From assembly GCA_019057385.1 (NCBI GenBank), contig JAHQJS010000006.1:549038-613037 (forward strand): a stretch of 64,000 bases of DNA. Reading direction: 5' to 3'. The stretch comes from Candidatus Borrarchaeum weybense. GTDB taxonomy: Archaea; Asgardarchaeota; Sifarchaeia; Borrarchaeales; Borrarchaeaceae. The notes below the pieces were generated by a model. The model did no database searches, had not been told where the DNA came from, and saw only the letters and a list, made by a program, of their open reading frames with translations. This document shows positions 37,537-47,800 of this stretch, in pieces. Both the position numbers and the translations under genes were made by a program. Each line of letters starts with the position of its first letter. The stretch's first letter is position 1.

Positions 37537-37830
37537 AATCTTTCTTTCCGTTCTTAATAAGCAGCTAATAAACCGTATCGTTTTCTTACTTAGTCCCGCA
37601 AGAAACCGCAGGAGTTCTTGATGCAACCCCTACCCGATAAATGATTACTCTTCTTGATAACTCTTTCGAAGGGTAACTAAAACAAACGTTAAAAATCTAT
37701 AATAAACATTCATCTATCATCTATCTCCATCTATTTACAAACACGGATGATGTCCCACACTTTTTCAGGTGTATCTTGTGAGCTTTGAAAATGCATAAAA
37801 AATAAGAAGTATGGTGCCGTTTCTTACCAT

Positions 37831-38268
37831 ATGGTTTCAAAGAAAGTTCATTGTGTCTTAGCTGTTGTTGCAGGTATAATTGCCCTCCTTGCGGGTTTGA
37901 CAGGATCTATCGGTTTATATGGTCCACTCCTTACGCTTGCGACTGATTATGCCCCTGCTGAATATGCTTCCATACTAGGACTGATTCTTTTAATTTTGAC
38001 CATCTTCGCTGCTCTTGGAGGCGCCATTGTAATTCTTGGTGGCCTGCTAATTCTAGCAAATCGATTCTTTATAGGACGATTTTGCATTGGTATGGGAATT
38101 GGCTTCGAAGCAATGAGCGCAATTTTTGAAGTAGTGTTAGTAGCGATTGGAGGTTCATTTATTACCGCATTAGTGAGTTTTGTTGTTTTATTAACCACAT
38201 TAACTGGGATTGCATTCATTTGTGCAATAGTTGCACTTGTAGTCCCCATTAGTAAAGAAAAAGTATAA
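37831..38268 (+). CDS. Gly-rich 4-TM membrane protein, paralogue 1
   Basis: Shares LA..AG, LGG..VI.GG.LI and GRF.IG.GIG with the next two genes. Confidence 0.8.
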   Translation: MVSKKVHCVLAVVAGIIALLAGLTGSIGLYGPLLTLATDYAPAEYASILGLILLILTIFAALGGAIVILGGLLILANRFFIGRFCIGMGIGFEAMSAIFEVVLVAIGGSFITALVSFVVLLTTLTGIAFICAIVALVVPISKEKV

Positions 38269-38376
38269 TCGTTTTTGACCATACCGCATCACTTTTTACT
38301 AAGTTCATGCATGATTTTTTATAGTAAACTTAAAACAGAATAAAAAGAAAAAGTATGGAATTGTTGGAGGTATTTT

Positions 38377-38802
38377 ATGAAATCCAATGTGCCAGGATTC
38401 CTCGCAATTATAGCCGGAGTTATCGGAGTAATTGCAGGAATAGTAGGCTCTACTGGTTTTTATGCAACAGTCTTTGCAATAGCTGCCGAGTTAGCTCCAG
38501 CATCAGCGGTGATACTTGGCTGGGTTCTAGCGATTTTAGACTTCTTAGCATCTCTTGGAGGCATAACGGTGATCATAGGAGGCGTTTTAATCTTAGCTTA
38601 CAAGATCGGACTTGGAAAATTCTTGATAGGTCTTGGCATAGGCATGTCTCTTATAGGAATTATCATTAGTATAGTCATAGCTGCCGTTGGTGGCGCTGCA
38701 ATTGCTGCAATATTCGGCTTGGTTGCCGTAATAATTACGCTAAAAGGTATAGCGATAGTTTTATCGATTATTGCAAGACAATTATGTAGAAAAGTCGAGT
38801 AA
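38377..38802 (+). CDS. Gly-rich 4-TM membrane protein, paralogue 2
   Basis: GGAGG RBS; same shared motifs; ends LSIIARQLCRKVE. Confidence 0.85.
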   Translation: MKSNVPGFLAIIAGVIGVIAGIVGSTGFYATVFAIAAELAPASAVILGWVLAILDFLASLGGITVIIGGVLILAYKIGLGKFLIGLGIGMSLIGIIISIVIAAVGGAAIAAIFGLVAVIITLKGIAIVLSIIARQLCRKVE

Positions 38803-38904
38803 CAGTACTTCCTTTTCCTATTTTTTTACCATTATTCGATTTTACTCTTTAATGCACAGAAATCAAAAATTAGAAAAAGAAAGCGCTGGATAGAGGTTAT
38901 TGTT

Positions 38905-39357
38905 ATGAAGAGTGTAGTACCGGGATTAATTGCAATTATTGCAGGAATCTTAGCTTTACTTACTAATATATCAGGGCTTGCAGGCTTTGGTACATATGTA
39001 ATTGTTTTTCAGATTGTTGCAATAATTCTTGTGGCCGTCTTTGGAGGACCTCCCCCACCAATTGTCGTAATTCTTGTAGTAATTGTTTTTTTGATCTTAT
39101 TTTTCCTTGCCGCTGCTGGAGGTTTCACTGTCATTGTAGGAGGCCTCTTAATTTGGTTATCTAAGCGACTTGTACTTGGAAGATTCTTAATCGGAATAGG
39201 CATTGGAGCTGGTTTGATAAGCCTCATATTTTTCCTAATAGTAGCCGCAATTTTAGGAGTTCTTGTTTTGGCGATATTTCTCATGTTATTCTCGCTAAGA
39301 GGATTAGCGATTATCTTGTCTATAATTGCCAGAAGATTGTCAAGAAAAGTCAAGTAA
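38905..39357 (+). CDS. Gly-rich 4-TM membrane protein, paralogue 3
   Basis: GAGG RBS; same shared motifs; ends LSIIARRLSRKVK. Confidence 0.85.
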   Translation: MKSVVPGLIAIIAGILALLTNISGLAGFGTYVIVFQIVAIILVAVFGGPPPPIVVILVVIVFLILFFLAAAGGFTVIVGGLLIWLSKRLVLGRFLIGIGIGAGLISLIFFLIVAAILGVLVLAIFLMLFSLRGLAIILSIIARRLSRKVK

Positions 39358-39621
39358 GGAAATATTGATTTCTCATTCTTTTTTTCTACAATCTGATTTT
39401 TTTCCGAGTTATAGTTGCTTATAAGTTAGGTTTAGTTTCCATATCAGCGATATTTAACTGAAAATGCACAATAGCTCGACTTTCTTTTTACAAAAATGAT
39501 TAGATGAACCTGAAACCATTAACCTTATATCTGAAAAAAATGGGTTAGAACCACCATTTGAAAGTACAACTATCCTCTTTTAAAATTAGTTAAAAATCGA
39601 TTTCTATAATTCAGCTGTAAA

Positions 39622-40593
39622 TTGGTCAATGGGAGGCTAATCTTTGTGATAACTCTTCTATATGGAGGCTCGCGGACGGCAAAATTCTTAGAGGGGCTTT
39701 TAAGGATTATTGACCAAGAAAATTTTTCAATTATAGCAAATACCCTAAATACAGCAGAGGTTTTTGGCTTAGAAATTCACCCAAATCTCGAATATTTGCT
39801 ATTTCTCCTGGCCGGAAAGTTAGATATTCGGTATTGGAAAACAATTCTAGGAGATACTTACAGTTTTATGAATTCGTTATCTTATCTAAAGGAAAATGAA
39901 GAAAATTTATGGTTTAGGTTTGGAGATACCCTCATTGCGCAGGTTGTCTTTCGTGATTATCTTATGAGTCAAGGAAAGTCTTTTTCAGAAGCTATCGAAA
40001 TAATCGCACAGAAACTAGACATTACCGCGCAAATTATTCCACTGACAGATGATAAGGCTACATTCAAAGTTGTTACAGATAAGGGGACGTTACCGTTCTT
40101 AGAATACCGAAATAAGGAGAATCAGGGTCTTATTAAAGAAGTAAAGAAGATTGAACTTAATGGAATCGATAAAGCAAAAGTGAGCCCTAAAGTAAGTGAA
40201 GCTTTGTCTCGCTGTGATACAATAATAATTGGACCTAGTAGTCCTCCAATATATATTGAGCCGATGTTAGCCTTTAATGACATAAAACACGCGTTAGAAA
40301 CTGCGAGTTGTAATGTTATTGCGATCAGTCCTGCTATAGGTGATGAACCAATGGAGGAACCGATCAAAAGAATTATAGAAGCTTTGGGACACGGGACTTC
40401 ACTAATTGAAATTGTTGAAAGATATCCAGGGCTTATCGACACGTTAATTATTGATAAATCAGACGAAAAACACAAGGAGCAACTTGAAGAGATGGGCATG
40501 GAAGTAATTGTTACATCAGTGAATCTTGGTGACTATGAACATAGAACTCAATTAGCCGAGCTTGTTTCTAAGTTGTTACTTCCTAAGGTTTAA
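39622..40593 (+). CDS. CofD-like (2-phospho-L-lactate transferase family) protein with degenerate active-site motifs (start may be GTG 39646)
   Basis: Overall CofD layout: GG...AKF..GL, IIANT, WFRFGD, IIIGPS, VIAISP.IG, LIIDKSD. Confidence 0.8.
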   Translation: MVNGRLIFVITLLYGGSRTAKFLEGLLRIIDQENFSIIANTLNTAEVFGLEIHPNLEYLLFLLAGKLDIRYWKTILGDTYSFMNSLSYLKENEENLWFRFGDTLIAQVVFRDYLMSQGKSFSEAIEIIAQKLDITAQIIPLTDDKATFKVVTDKGTLPFLEYRNKENQGLIKEVKKIELNGIDKAKVSPKVSEALSRCDTIIIGPSSPPIYIEPMLAFNDIKHALETASCNVIAISPAIGDEPMEEPIKRIIEALGHGTSLIEIVERYPGLIDTLIIDKSDEKHKEQLEEMGMEVIVTSVNLGDYEHRTQLAELVSKLLLPKV

Positions 40594-40852
40594 TCTAATC
40601 GCTATAATATAAAATTCTTCACGTTATTTTTAACTAATTTTTTAAAAATAGATATATTACAATTATTTACTCTATCCATGCGTTTTCATGCACGAAACGT
40701 TTTTAATGTAATGTTTATACTATTATTTTGGATAATGAATCTTTTCCTTCTCTAGGAAAATGTCAATTTGTAGGAGAGATTATGAAAATTAGTGATAAAA
40801 TCATCTTTTCAGATGAAATTATCGCTTAAGGATTTAGGAGGGTATATAGAAT

Positions 40853-41320
40853 ATGTCTATTGAAAGAAGACGAAGAAGACGCGATTTAATTCCCAGGGAT
40901 CCATTTGATATTATCAGACGATTTAGGACGGATTTAGAGGATGTGTTTCAGGATTTTATGGGAGGCTTCGGTCCTGGTTTTTCCGAGATAATGGAATTTC
41001 GATCTGCTCCAATCGACATCCAGGAAACTGAAACTGAAATAATCGTTAAGGCAGATATTCCTGGGTTTGAGAAAGAGAATATTGACCTAGAAATAACTGG
41101 AGATCGACTAAGAATCAAAGCGGAATCTGAAACAGGAAAAGAAGAGGAAGAAAAAGGTTACCATAGACGAGAAAGATCTAGGAAGTCAGTTTACCGTGAA
41201 ATTCTTCTTCCAAAGAATACAAAGCCAGAAGAATCGAAGGCATCATACAAGAACGGTGTTTTAAAAGTTATTTTGACTAAAACTGAAGATGCAAAAGGAA
41301 AGAAATTGGAAATCGAATAA
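40853..41320 (+). CDS. Small heat-shock protein (Hsp20)
   Basis: DIQET, ADIPG..KENI, RRER, ASYKNGVLKV, C-terminal LEIE. Confidence 0.95.
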   Translation: MSIERRRRRRDLIPRDPFDIIRRFRTDLEDVFQDFMGGFGPGFSEIMEFRSAPIDIQETETEIIVKADIPGFEKENIDLEITGDRLRIKAESETGKEEEEKGYHRRERSRKSVYREILLPKNTKPEESKASYKNGVLKVILTKTEDAKGKKLEIE

Positions 41321-41344
41321 AAATGTTTGGAACAATCTATTAAC

Positions 41345-41396
41345 TCGTTTTTGGTTCTTTTCCTTTTCCTTTTCCTTTTCCTTTTTACCTTTTCAC
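41345..41396. terminator. Pyrimidine-rich (TTTTCC)n tract between convergent genes, probable terminator of hsp20
   Basis: TCTTTTCCTTTTCCTTTTCCTTTTCCTTTTT downstream of hsp20. Confidence 0.5.
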
Positions 41397-41399
41397 TGA

Positions 41400-41993
41400 C
41401 TAAGCTTGCTTAATTGCTTCATAGTAACGAATTACAATCTCTCTGCAGAGCTGGATGAATGCACGTTTAACATTAAGCCCATCTACTGCTATTGTTTCAT
41501 AAACTAGGATATCACTGAATCCATTGTCAAAGACGTTGTCAAAGACATTTCGAACCTCATCTTTAGTTACAGTATTTGGCAAATCTCGTTTATTAACCAT
41601 AATTATAACTGGTGTTTTAGATCCATTTTCTTCATGGATAAGAAAATCTTTTAGCTCATTTACAGACCAAATGTTGTCGTCCCAAAATTCTTTCTGTGCA
41701 TCCCAGACGAAAATTACCCCATCCACACCTTGGAGAATGACTTTTCTTTGACCCTTATGCCTTTTCTGTCCAGCTACAGTATATACCTGAAACGTAATTT
41801 TGCCGACGCCAGCAACTGCTCTATCAAAGAATAAAGTACGCCCTGTCGGATCAGCAATGGATTGTAAATCACCTTTTATCAATTCAGGGTCATTTTTGCT
41901 GAGCCAAAAAACAGATGTAGTCTTTCCTCCCATTGAGGGACCCCAATATACAATTTTGAAAACTAGTTTTCCATCAGGAGTTTTGATTGGCAT
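41400..41993 (-). CDS. MglA/Arf-like small GTPase
   Basis: KIVYWGPSMGGKTT (P-loop), RTLFFD, YTVAGQ, GVDGVIFVWD, NKRDL, ETIA. Confidence 0.9.
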   Translation of the reverse strand: MPIKTPDGKLVFKIVYWGPSMGGKTTSVFWLSKNDPELIKGDLQSIADPTGRTLFFDRAVAGVGKITFQVYTVAGQKRHKGQRKVILQGVDGVIFVWDAQKEFWDDNIWSVNELKDFLIHEENGSKTPVIIMVNKRDLPNTVTKDEVRNVFDNVFDNGFSDILVYETIAVDGLNVKRAFIQLCREIVIRYYEAIKQA

Positions 41994-42201
41994 TTTTTTT
42001 ACGCCTCTTGTTTTCGAAAGAAGACAAAAGCTAGTTTTGATTATCGAATCAAAGTATTGTCCTTACTGTATTTTTTTGGCTCAACTTTTTTATAAAATGT
42101 GGGAAAAATGACCGCAGCTCTCTAGAATTCTCTCTCTCCTAACAACTAAGGAGCAAAAAAGCATTTTTGGTAATATATTGAGTTAGAGAATTCTAATTGG
42201 T

Positions 42202-42771
42202 CTAATTCTCAAGTTTTTCTGCGATTATTGTTAACGCATCGATTTTTTTGTACATATCTTTTATCAAAGTATGTAACTCTTTGATTTGTGTCTTGAGTAC
42301 CTGAATATGTTCAAATGTTTCTTCTGAACGATTGGAGTCTTCAATTGATGTTTTTGATGTAGTTGTAGTTATTGAGGATGATGTTGTTGTTAATTCACTT
42401 GCTGGTGGAGTAATAATTTCCTCTACTAATGGCTGTAAAGATATTGGAGGAGTATGTTCTTCAATCTCAATTAGGTCTGACGATTTTTCTACTACCACTG
42501 GCGTGGTTGACACTCCACTCAATTCCTCCAATAATTCTCCAACAATTCTACTGAGAATTCTGGGATTCAACTCAAAGCCTTCAGACAGAATAATATCTTC
42601 TAGAATTGAATTAACCGTCTTAGCGTCTAAGGAGGGACAAATTTTTTCTATTGCAGGCCATTTTCCTTTAATTAAACTTAGCTTGCCGTTTTTTGATGTG
42701 GGGTGTGGATGTAATTGAACAGAATATGACGTGCCAGGCAATTTCCTTGTAGGTACACTCAATCTATTCAC
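42202..42771 (-). CDS. Hypothetical protein with an S/T-rich linker and a C-terminal coiled coil
   Basis: ORF with GAGGTGA overlapping the GTG start. Confidence 0.7.
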   Translation of the reverse strand: MNRLSVPTRKLPGTSYSVQLHPHPTSKNGKLSLIKGKWPAIEKICPSLDAKTVNSILEDIILSEGFELNPRILSRIVGELLEELSGVSTTPVVVEKSSDLIEIEEHTPPISLQPLVEEIITPPASELTTTSSSITTTTSKTSIEDSNRSEETFEHIQVLKTQIKELHTLIKDMYKKIDALTIIAEKLEN

Positions 42772-42956
42772 CTCTCATTTGAGAGTGTTCTTTATTAGAA
42801 GATAGTTCAAAATCATATAATAAAATTGTCATAATTATTGAAGGCATATACGGCTTCTTTGATGGGTTTCAACTTGTTTAAAGTAGTTATTGGCTAAAAA
42901 CTTCAATGGGTTTATCACTGGCTTAATAATTATGTCTAATGAATGAGTTACGATAA

Positions 42957-42998
42957 CTAAGCAAGAAAGCACCACAGCTTTAGCGTGAGGTAGTTCAC
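42957..42998. mobile_element. IS605-derived single-hairpin mini-element, family A (inverted copy)
   Basis: CTAAGCAAGAAAGCACCACAGCTTTAGCGTGAGGTAGTTCAC, the reverse complement of 34427-34468 with one mismatch. Confidence 0.8.
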
Positions 42999-43092
42999 AA
43001 ATATCAATTAACTTCATCATAAACAAAAACTTAAAATAAGCTAAAATAATAGCCATAGGCAACTACAGCCATGAACTGTAATTGTTTTATAA

Positions 43093-43692
43093 TTGCCTTT
43101 AAGGAAGTTGGCTTTCATGGAAAAGTATCAAACTATCAAAGTAGGCTCTGTAATGAGTAACGTGTTTTATACAATCGATCCTGGTGCCACAATAGAAGAA
43201 GCTGTTTCGCTGTTGAGTGAGAAAGATACTAATTTACTTGTCGTTTGCACTAAAGAAAACTTTCCTGTAGGTATACTCACAGAGCGAGATATTGTTATCC
43301 GTGTTATAGGCGGAGATAAAAAACCAAGCGAAACTCTTGCTGAAGACATAATGTCCTCACCGGTACGAACATGCAGTCCTAACACCTCAATTACAGACGC
43401 TATGCGTCAAATGACAAAGCAGAAAATAAGACAACTATTAGTAGTCAACGAAGGGATTCTTGTGGGCGTATTTCTTGCCAGGGATGCTCTCGCTGTTGCA
43501 CCAGAATTAATTGATATGCTTGCAGAATTAGTTTCAGTTCGAGGTGAAGAAAGCAAACCAATTGAAAAGGGCGCATCTGGATATTGCGATGAATGTGAGG
43601 AATATTCGGATGATTTGAAACTTATTGATGGTCGTTATTATTGTGAATATTGCAGGGAAGCATTGGAATTAGAGAGAATGGAAGAAGAATAA
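43093..43692 (+). CDS. CBS-pair protein with a C-terminal Cys4 zinc finger (likely start ATG 43117)
   Basis: VGILTERD, IRQLLVV; GYCDECE...YYCEYC. Confidence 0.9.
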   Translation: MPLRKLAFMEKYQTIKVGSVMSNVFYTIDPGATIEEAVSLLSEKDTNLLVVCTKENFPVGILTERDIVIRVIGGDKKPSETLAEDIMSSPVRTCSPNTSITDAMRQMTKQKIRQLLVVNEGILVGVFLARDALAVAPELIDMLAELVSVRGEESKPIEKGASGYCDECEEYSDDLKLIDGRYYCEYCREALELERMEEE

Positions 43693-43694
43693 TT

Positions 43695-44339
43695 CTATTT
43701 TCTTAAAACAGATTTAATTTCCCCAAGTGCTTTGGTCATCAAAATTAGCTTAAAAAATAATTCTGTGAAATTACATATCACACTGATTTTATCTTCTCTA
43801 ATAATCAACATATGTCGAAATACAATCTCTTCGAATCCATTTTTTGCTTTTTTACCGTTTATTGGACTTTCAAGTTTAAAAAGACACCATTCAGCAGAGT
43901 TACTGTTATGAGGAATGAATTTTAAGAAGATTCTTCCTTCTGGACTTTCAATAGTGAATTTTCGAAAGAATTTTCTTTGAATTCTAAATCCGAGTGTTTG
44001 AACCTCATCTATTATGAATTGATTCATTTCTGGCTCTATATAATTGGAAGTAATAACACCAATCGCTACTCCAATTACAAGTAAGCCAAGTTCAATTGCT
44101 GCAAAGGGTTGAATGAAATAAAACGCAGAAGTGTAACTTAGATGTTCTGAACTTCTTCCACCATCAACTAATTCCTTTTGTTGAGCAAAAGTAGGTTGTG
44201 CTAGCATGCCAACTTGTCCATAAGTTAATAATATCCCACTAGCAATAGAAATGACAAAAATAAGCGAAAAAGCTACATAAAGAAGGTTTTTGTATCTTTT
44301 ATAACTCTTTTTTACGCCATCTACTAATTTTTCAGCCAT
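43695..44339 (-). CDS. Hypothetical 2-TM membrane protein
   Basis: Two hydrophobic helices followed by a soluble domain; overlaps the upstream gene's stop. Confidence 0.75.
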   Translation of the reverse strand: MAEKLVDGVKKSYKRYKNLLYVAFSLIFVISIASGILLTYGQVGMLAQPTFAQQKELVDGGRSSEHLSYTSAFYFIQPFAAIELGLLVIGVAIGVITSNYIEPEMNQFIIDEVQTLGFRIQRKFFRKFTIESPEGRIFLKFIPHNSNSAEWCLFKLESPINGKKAKNGFEEIVFRHMLIIREDKISVICNFTELFFKLILMTKALGEIKSVLRK

Positions 44340-44712
44340 TTTCGTCAGTCCTTAGTGCGTTTTCATACATTTCTCTAATTTTTTTTCCATGTTGTTCTGC
44401 AATAGCGATTAATGTCTTAGCTAATGGATGAAGATGGTTAATTCGTAATGAGTGCAATTTTGAAGTTAATTTATCGCTCAGGATTAACTTCTCCTCTGTA
44501 AGCCTTTGTAATACACCTCTATATAGACTCTTAGCCTTTCCAGAATACCCGATAAGTTTAGTCAACTGTACACCTGAGACTGCTCTTGGATATATATGAG
44601 CTAGACATAACAAGATCTTACGATTCAATTCACTTAGAGATGCAAATCCTATGAGAAGATCGTACATTTCTTTAGTTGTAACAATGCTTTCCTCTGACAT
44701 AACATATCGCAC
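44332..44712 (-). CDS. Winged-helix domain protein (likely start ATG 44700)
   Basis: KILLCL.......SG.QLTKLIG......YRGVL..L.EEKLI. Confidence 0.7.
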   Translation of the reverse strand: MRYVMSEESIVTTKEMYDLLIGFASLSELNRKILLCLAHIYPRAVSGVQLTKLIGYSGKAKSLYRGVLQRLTEEKLILSDKLTSKLHSLRINHLHPLAKTLIAIAEQHGKKIREMYENALRTDENG

Positions 44713-44807
44713 CCAAAATTGATTAAGTTGGTTGTGTGCCTCATCACACTTTAGTTTTTAGAAAATTATTTAATTCTCTGAGACATGTTTCTCGTTTTTT
44801 TCCAGAA

Positions 44808-47800
44808 TTATGGTGATGATCCTGCAGATCTAACCACCTCAGGGCGAATAATCTTGTTGATCATGGCAACGTAACTTGGATCTTCTGAAATGATTCCAAG
44901 AGTCTCCGCACCTTTAGGTGCAATCAGTACTTCTTCATTGTCTCTTGAAAGCACACTATACTCTATTTTTGAATTTTTCTTGACTCTAACGTTTCCAAGT
45001 TGATACAATTCCTGCAGTGCATGCTTCTCATCATCAGTTTCTAATTCAGGTTGGGTAATTATAAGCACCTGAACTGACGGATCAAGTTTTTTAATCGTGT
45101 TAAATGACACATCCTTGATATTTGGGGTTATTATAGTTAGAGTGCGTTTTGTTCTTTCGATAGCTGCTCGACTAAAATCATTGAGTTGCTCTCCAATTAA
45201 ATACCATGTATTTTCTGAGGCAATCCCAACTGAAAGAATATCCTGAATTTCTTCCCAAAGATCCTTTACAACCACTTCATAGTTTGCAGTATTCTCAATT
45301 ATCTCTTGAATCTTATCGTTTGTCTCCTGAATTATTTTTTTATTTATATTGACTAAATTCTCTATATTTGCTTTGACGTTTCCTACAAATTTTGTCTTAA
45401 TTGTTGTATTGAACTCATCTATGTTATGAGATTGCTGTAATGATAGATTTTGAAGGCCGTTTTGAAGATCATTCTTGGTGGATTCAATTATATTATAACT
45501 CGTTGTTAATTCTTCTCCAATTTCACTGACAATTCTTGCTACTTCTTCAATCTTTTCCTCAGATTTTTGTCCTAAATGATTTCTTGTTTCTTCATTAAGT
45601 TGATTAACGCTATCAGTAAAATCGTCTGTGATTTTTGCAGTCCAACTTTGTGAAAGTTCTTGAATCTCACTTACAAATCGTAATAAATCACCTAAATTCG
45701 TATTGAGAGCGTTTGTAACAAATTCTTCCAAAGATTGCACATGTTCTTCAAAAAGCTGCACTCTTGATTCTCTTGTTGTAGTAATATCCGCGTTTAGTTT
45801 AGCAAGTCTTTTTTCAAAACTTTCAATAGCTTGTTCCAAAGTGGTCGTAATTTCAGTATCAACTAGAGTTGCCATTTCGCTGGTCTTCTGCCTATGTCCA
45901 TCGACTAAATTCTTTATTTCATCGTTGATCGTTGTAATTTCTTGCGTAACTGTTTCGGAAATTTTCTTCACTGTGGCAAGTATTTCATTTTCAGCAATCT
46001 GAGCTTTTTCTTCAAGTTCTTGAAGATATTTTGTATGAATCCCCTCAGTGTCTTCTTGTGTTGTATGAACCATCTTTTCCATTTCTTCGCTTAATCGTAA
46101 CTTTATGGTTTCAATGGCATCAATTTTTGATAGAGCGATCGAATTAACCTCTTGTAGCACCTTACTCAACCGTTCGTTTATTTCTTCTCTCAACGCAGCT
46201 CGGCTTTCATTAGATGTTGCTAGATGAAAATCAACTAATTCTAAAGCACTTTCTCTGATTGAGTTAACAGTATTTTCTATTTCTGCATCGTTAGATTCAA
46301 TTTTGTTCTTTAGAGCATCCTCAAATAAATCTAAACTGTTATTTTGCGTTTCTTTGTTCAAATCAAGTAACCTGGTCAATTCTTGACGAACCAACTGAAA
46401 AAACGTGTCCAGATCGCTCTCTTGAGTTGATAACAAGTTTATGAAGTCTTCATTTGCCTCTGTCATTGATTTTATTAATTGAGAAGTGGTATCCTCTTGA
46501 ATTTGGGTCAATTGACCTATGGCGAGAGCATTATTGAGTTCATATAATGTTATATTGCTCAGAAGTGAGTCACTAACGCTTTTCTTTGCCTCAGTGATTT
46601 CTATATCAATATGTTCAATGTAGGTTGAAAAATCGTCACTAAATTCTTTCTTAAGCGCGTTTATGGCTTTAGAATGCTGTCTTTTACTATTTGCGATCCG
46701 TTTTTTATATTCTTGTTTGAGAGTTGTTATATCTTTCTTTAGAATTGAAATTTGGTCAGTAAAACGGTTGTTTATTTCTTTTTGCAAAGCTTGCGTTTTA
46801 GCGGCAAAATCCTCAAGAAGTTCTGTTTTTGCTGATGTTATTGTTTTTAATGTTGCAGCTATATTCTCTGAGTAAAGTTTTTTCGTAGTTCCAATATATT
46901 CTGAACTAGCTATTTTCGTAGCGTCCACTTGAGCATCAAGTAACTCTTTTATTCCTGCAATCAATTTTGTTATATTATTTACTTGTGCGGTTAGTAATTC
47001 ATCATGTTCTCTCAAGTGACTTGTTACAACAGTATCAAGTTCCTTGGTCAGATTTTTGGTTTCCGTATTCAATCGATCTATTTCTGATTGGAAGTTTGAA
47101 ATAATTCCTTCATTTACGGCGTTTAATTCATTCGTAAGTTGTTCATGTGTCTTAGTATAGGCAACTTCTATACTTTCCTTAAGACTCTGATTTGTATCTA
47201 TAGTCCGCGTTTTTCCTTCTTCCAACGTTCTTAGAAGTGTTTCTTCAAGTGTTTTCAATGTCGTTTCTTTGGTGTTATGAAGTTCTCCAGTATACTTCAT
47301 TATTTCATTTTCAATATTCTTGATTTCAATTTTCTCGCTTTCAATTTGTTTTGCTTTTAACTCTTTGCTGTATTTGTCAATCGACTTTGTTGTATCCTTT
47401 AGTTCTTTCATTTGTTTATCAATAATCTGAGAAAACTCTTTGAGTGATGTTTGATATTCATCGCTAAACTCTTTAAAGCGCAGTTGCAAATTATCTGCAA
47501 ATCCCTTAGCCAGTGAGCCCATCATATTCGTAAAGTTTTGTAAGGTTGTTGATATTCTTAGCTCACTGTTCTTGGAGGCTTGGATAAGAGGTCGATGGAT
47601 TTTTGCTGAGACTTCTGTACTAAGGGCTTCTTTAAACTCAGTTTGCTTATCTTTTAGAGCGGTGATTTTCTGAGTTAAAGACTCTTCGATATTATTATCA
47701 AATTGTTCAAAATGCTGCGCAATTAAATTTGTGTAACGTTCTATATGTTTGTCGAACAGTTCTTTAGATTCCCTAATTTTGTTTATATCAAGATTTTCAA

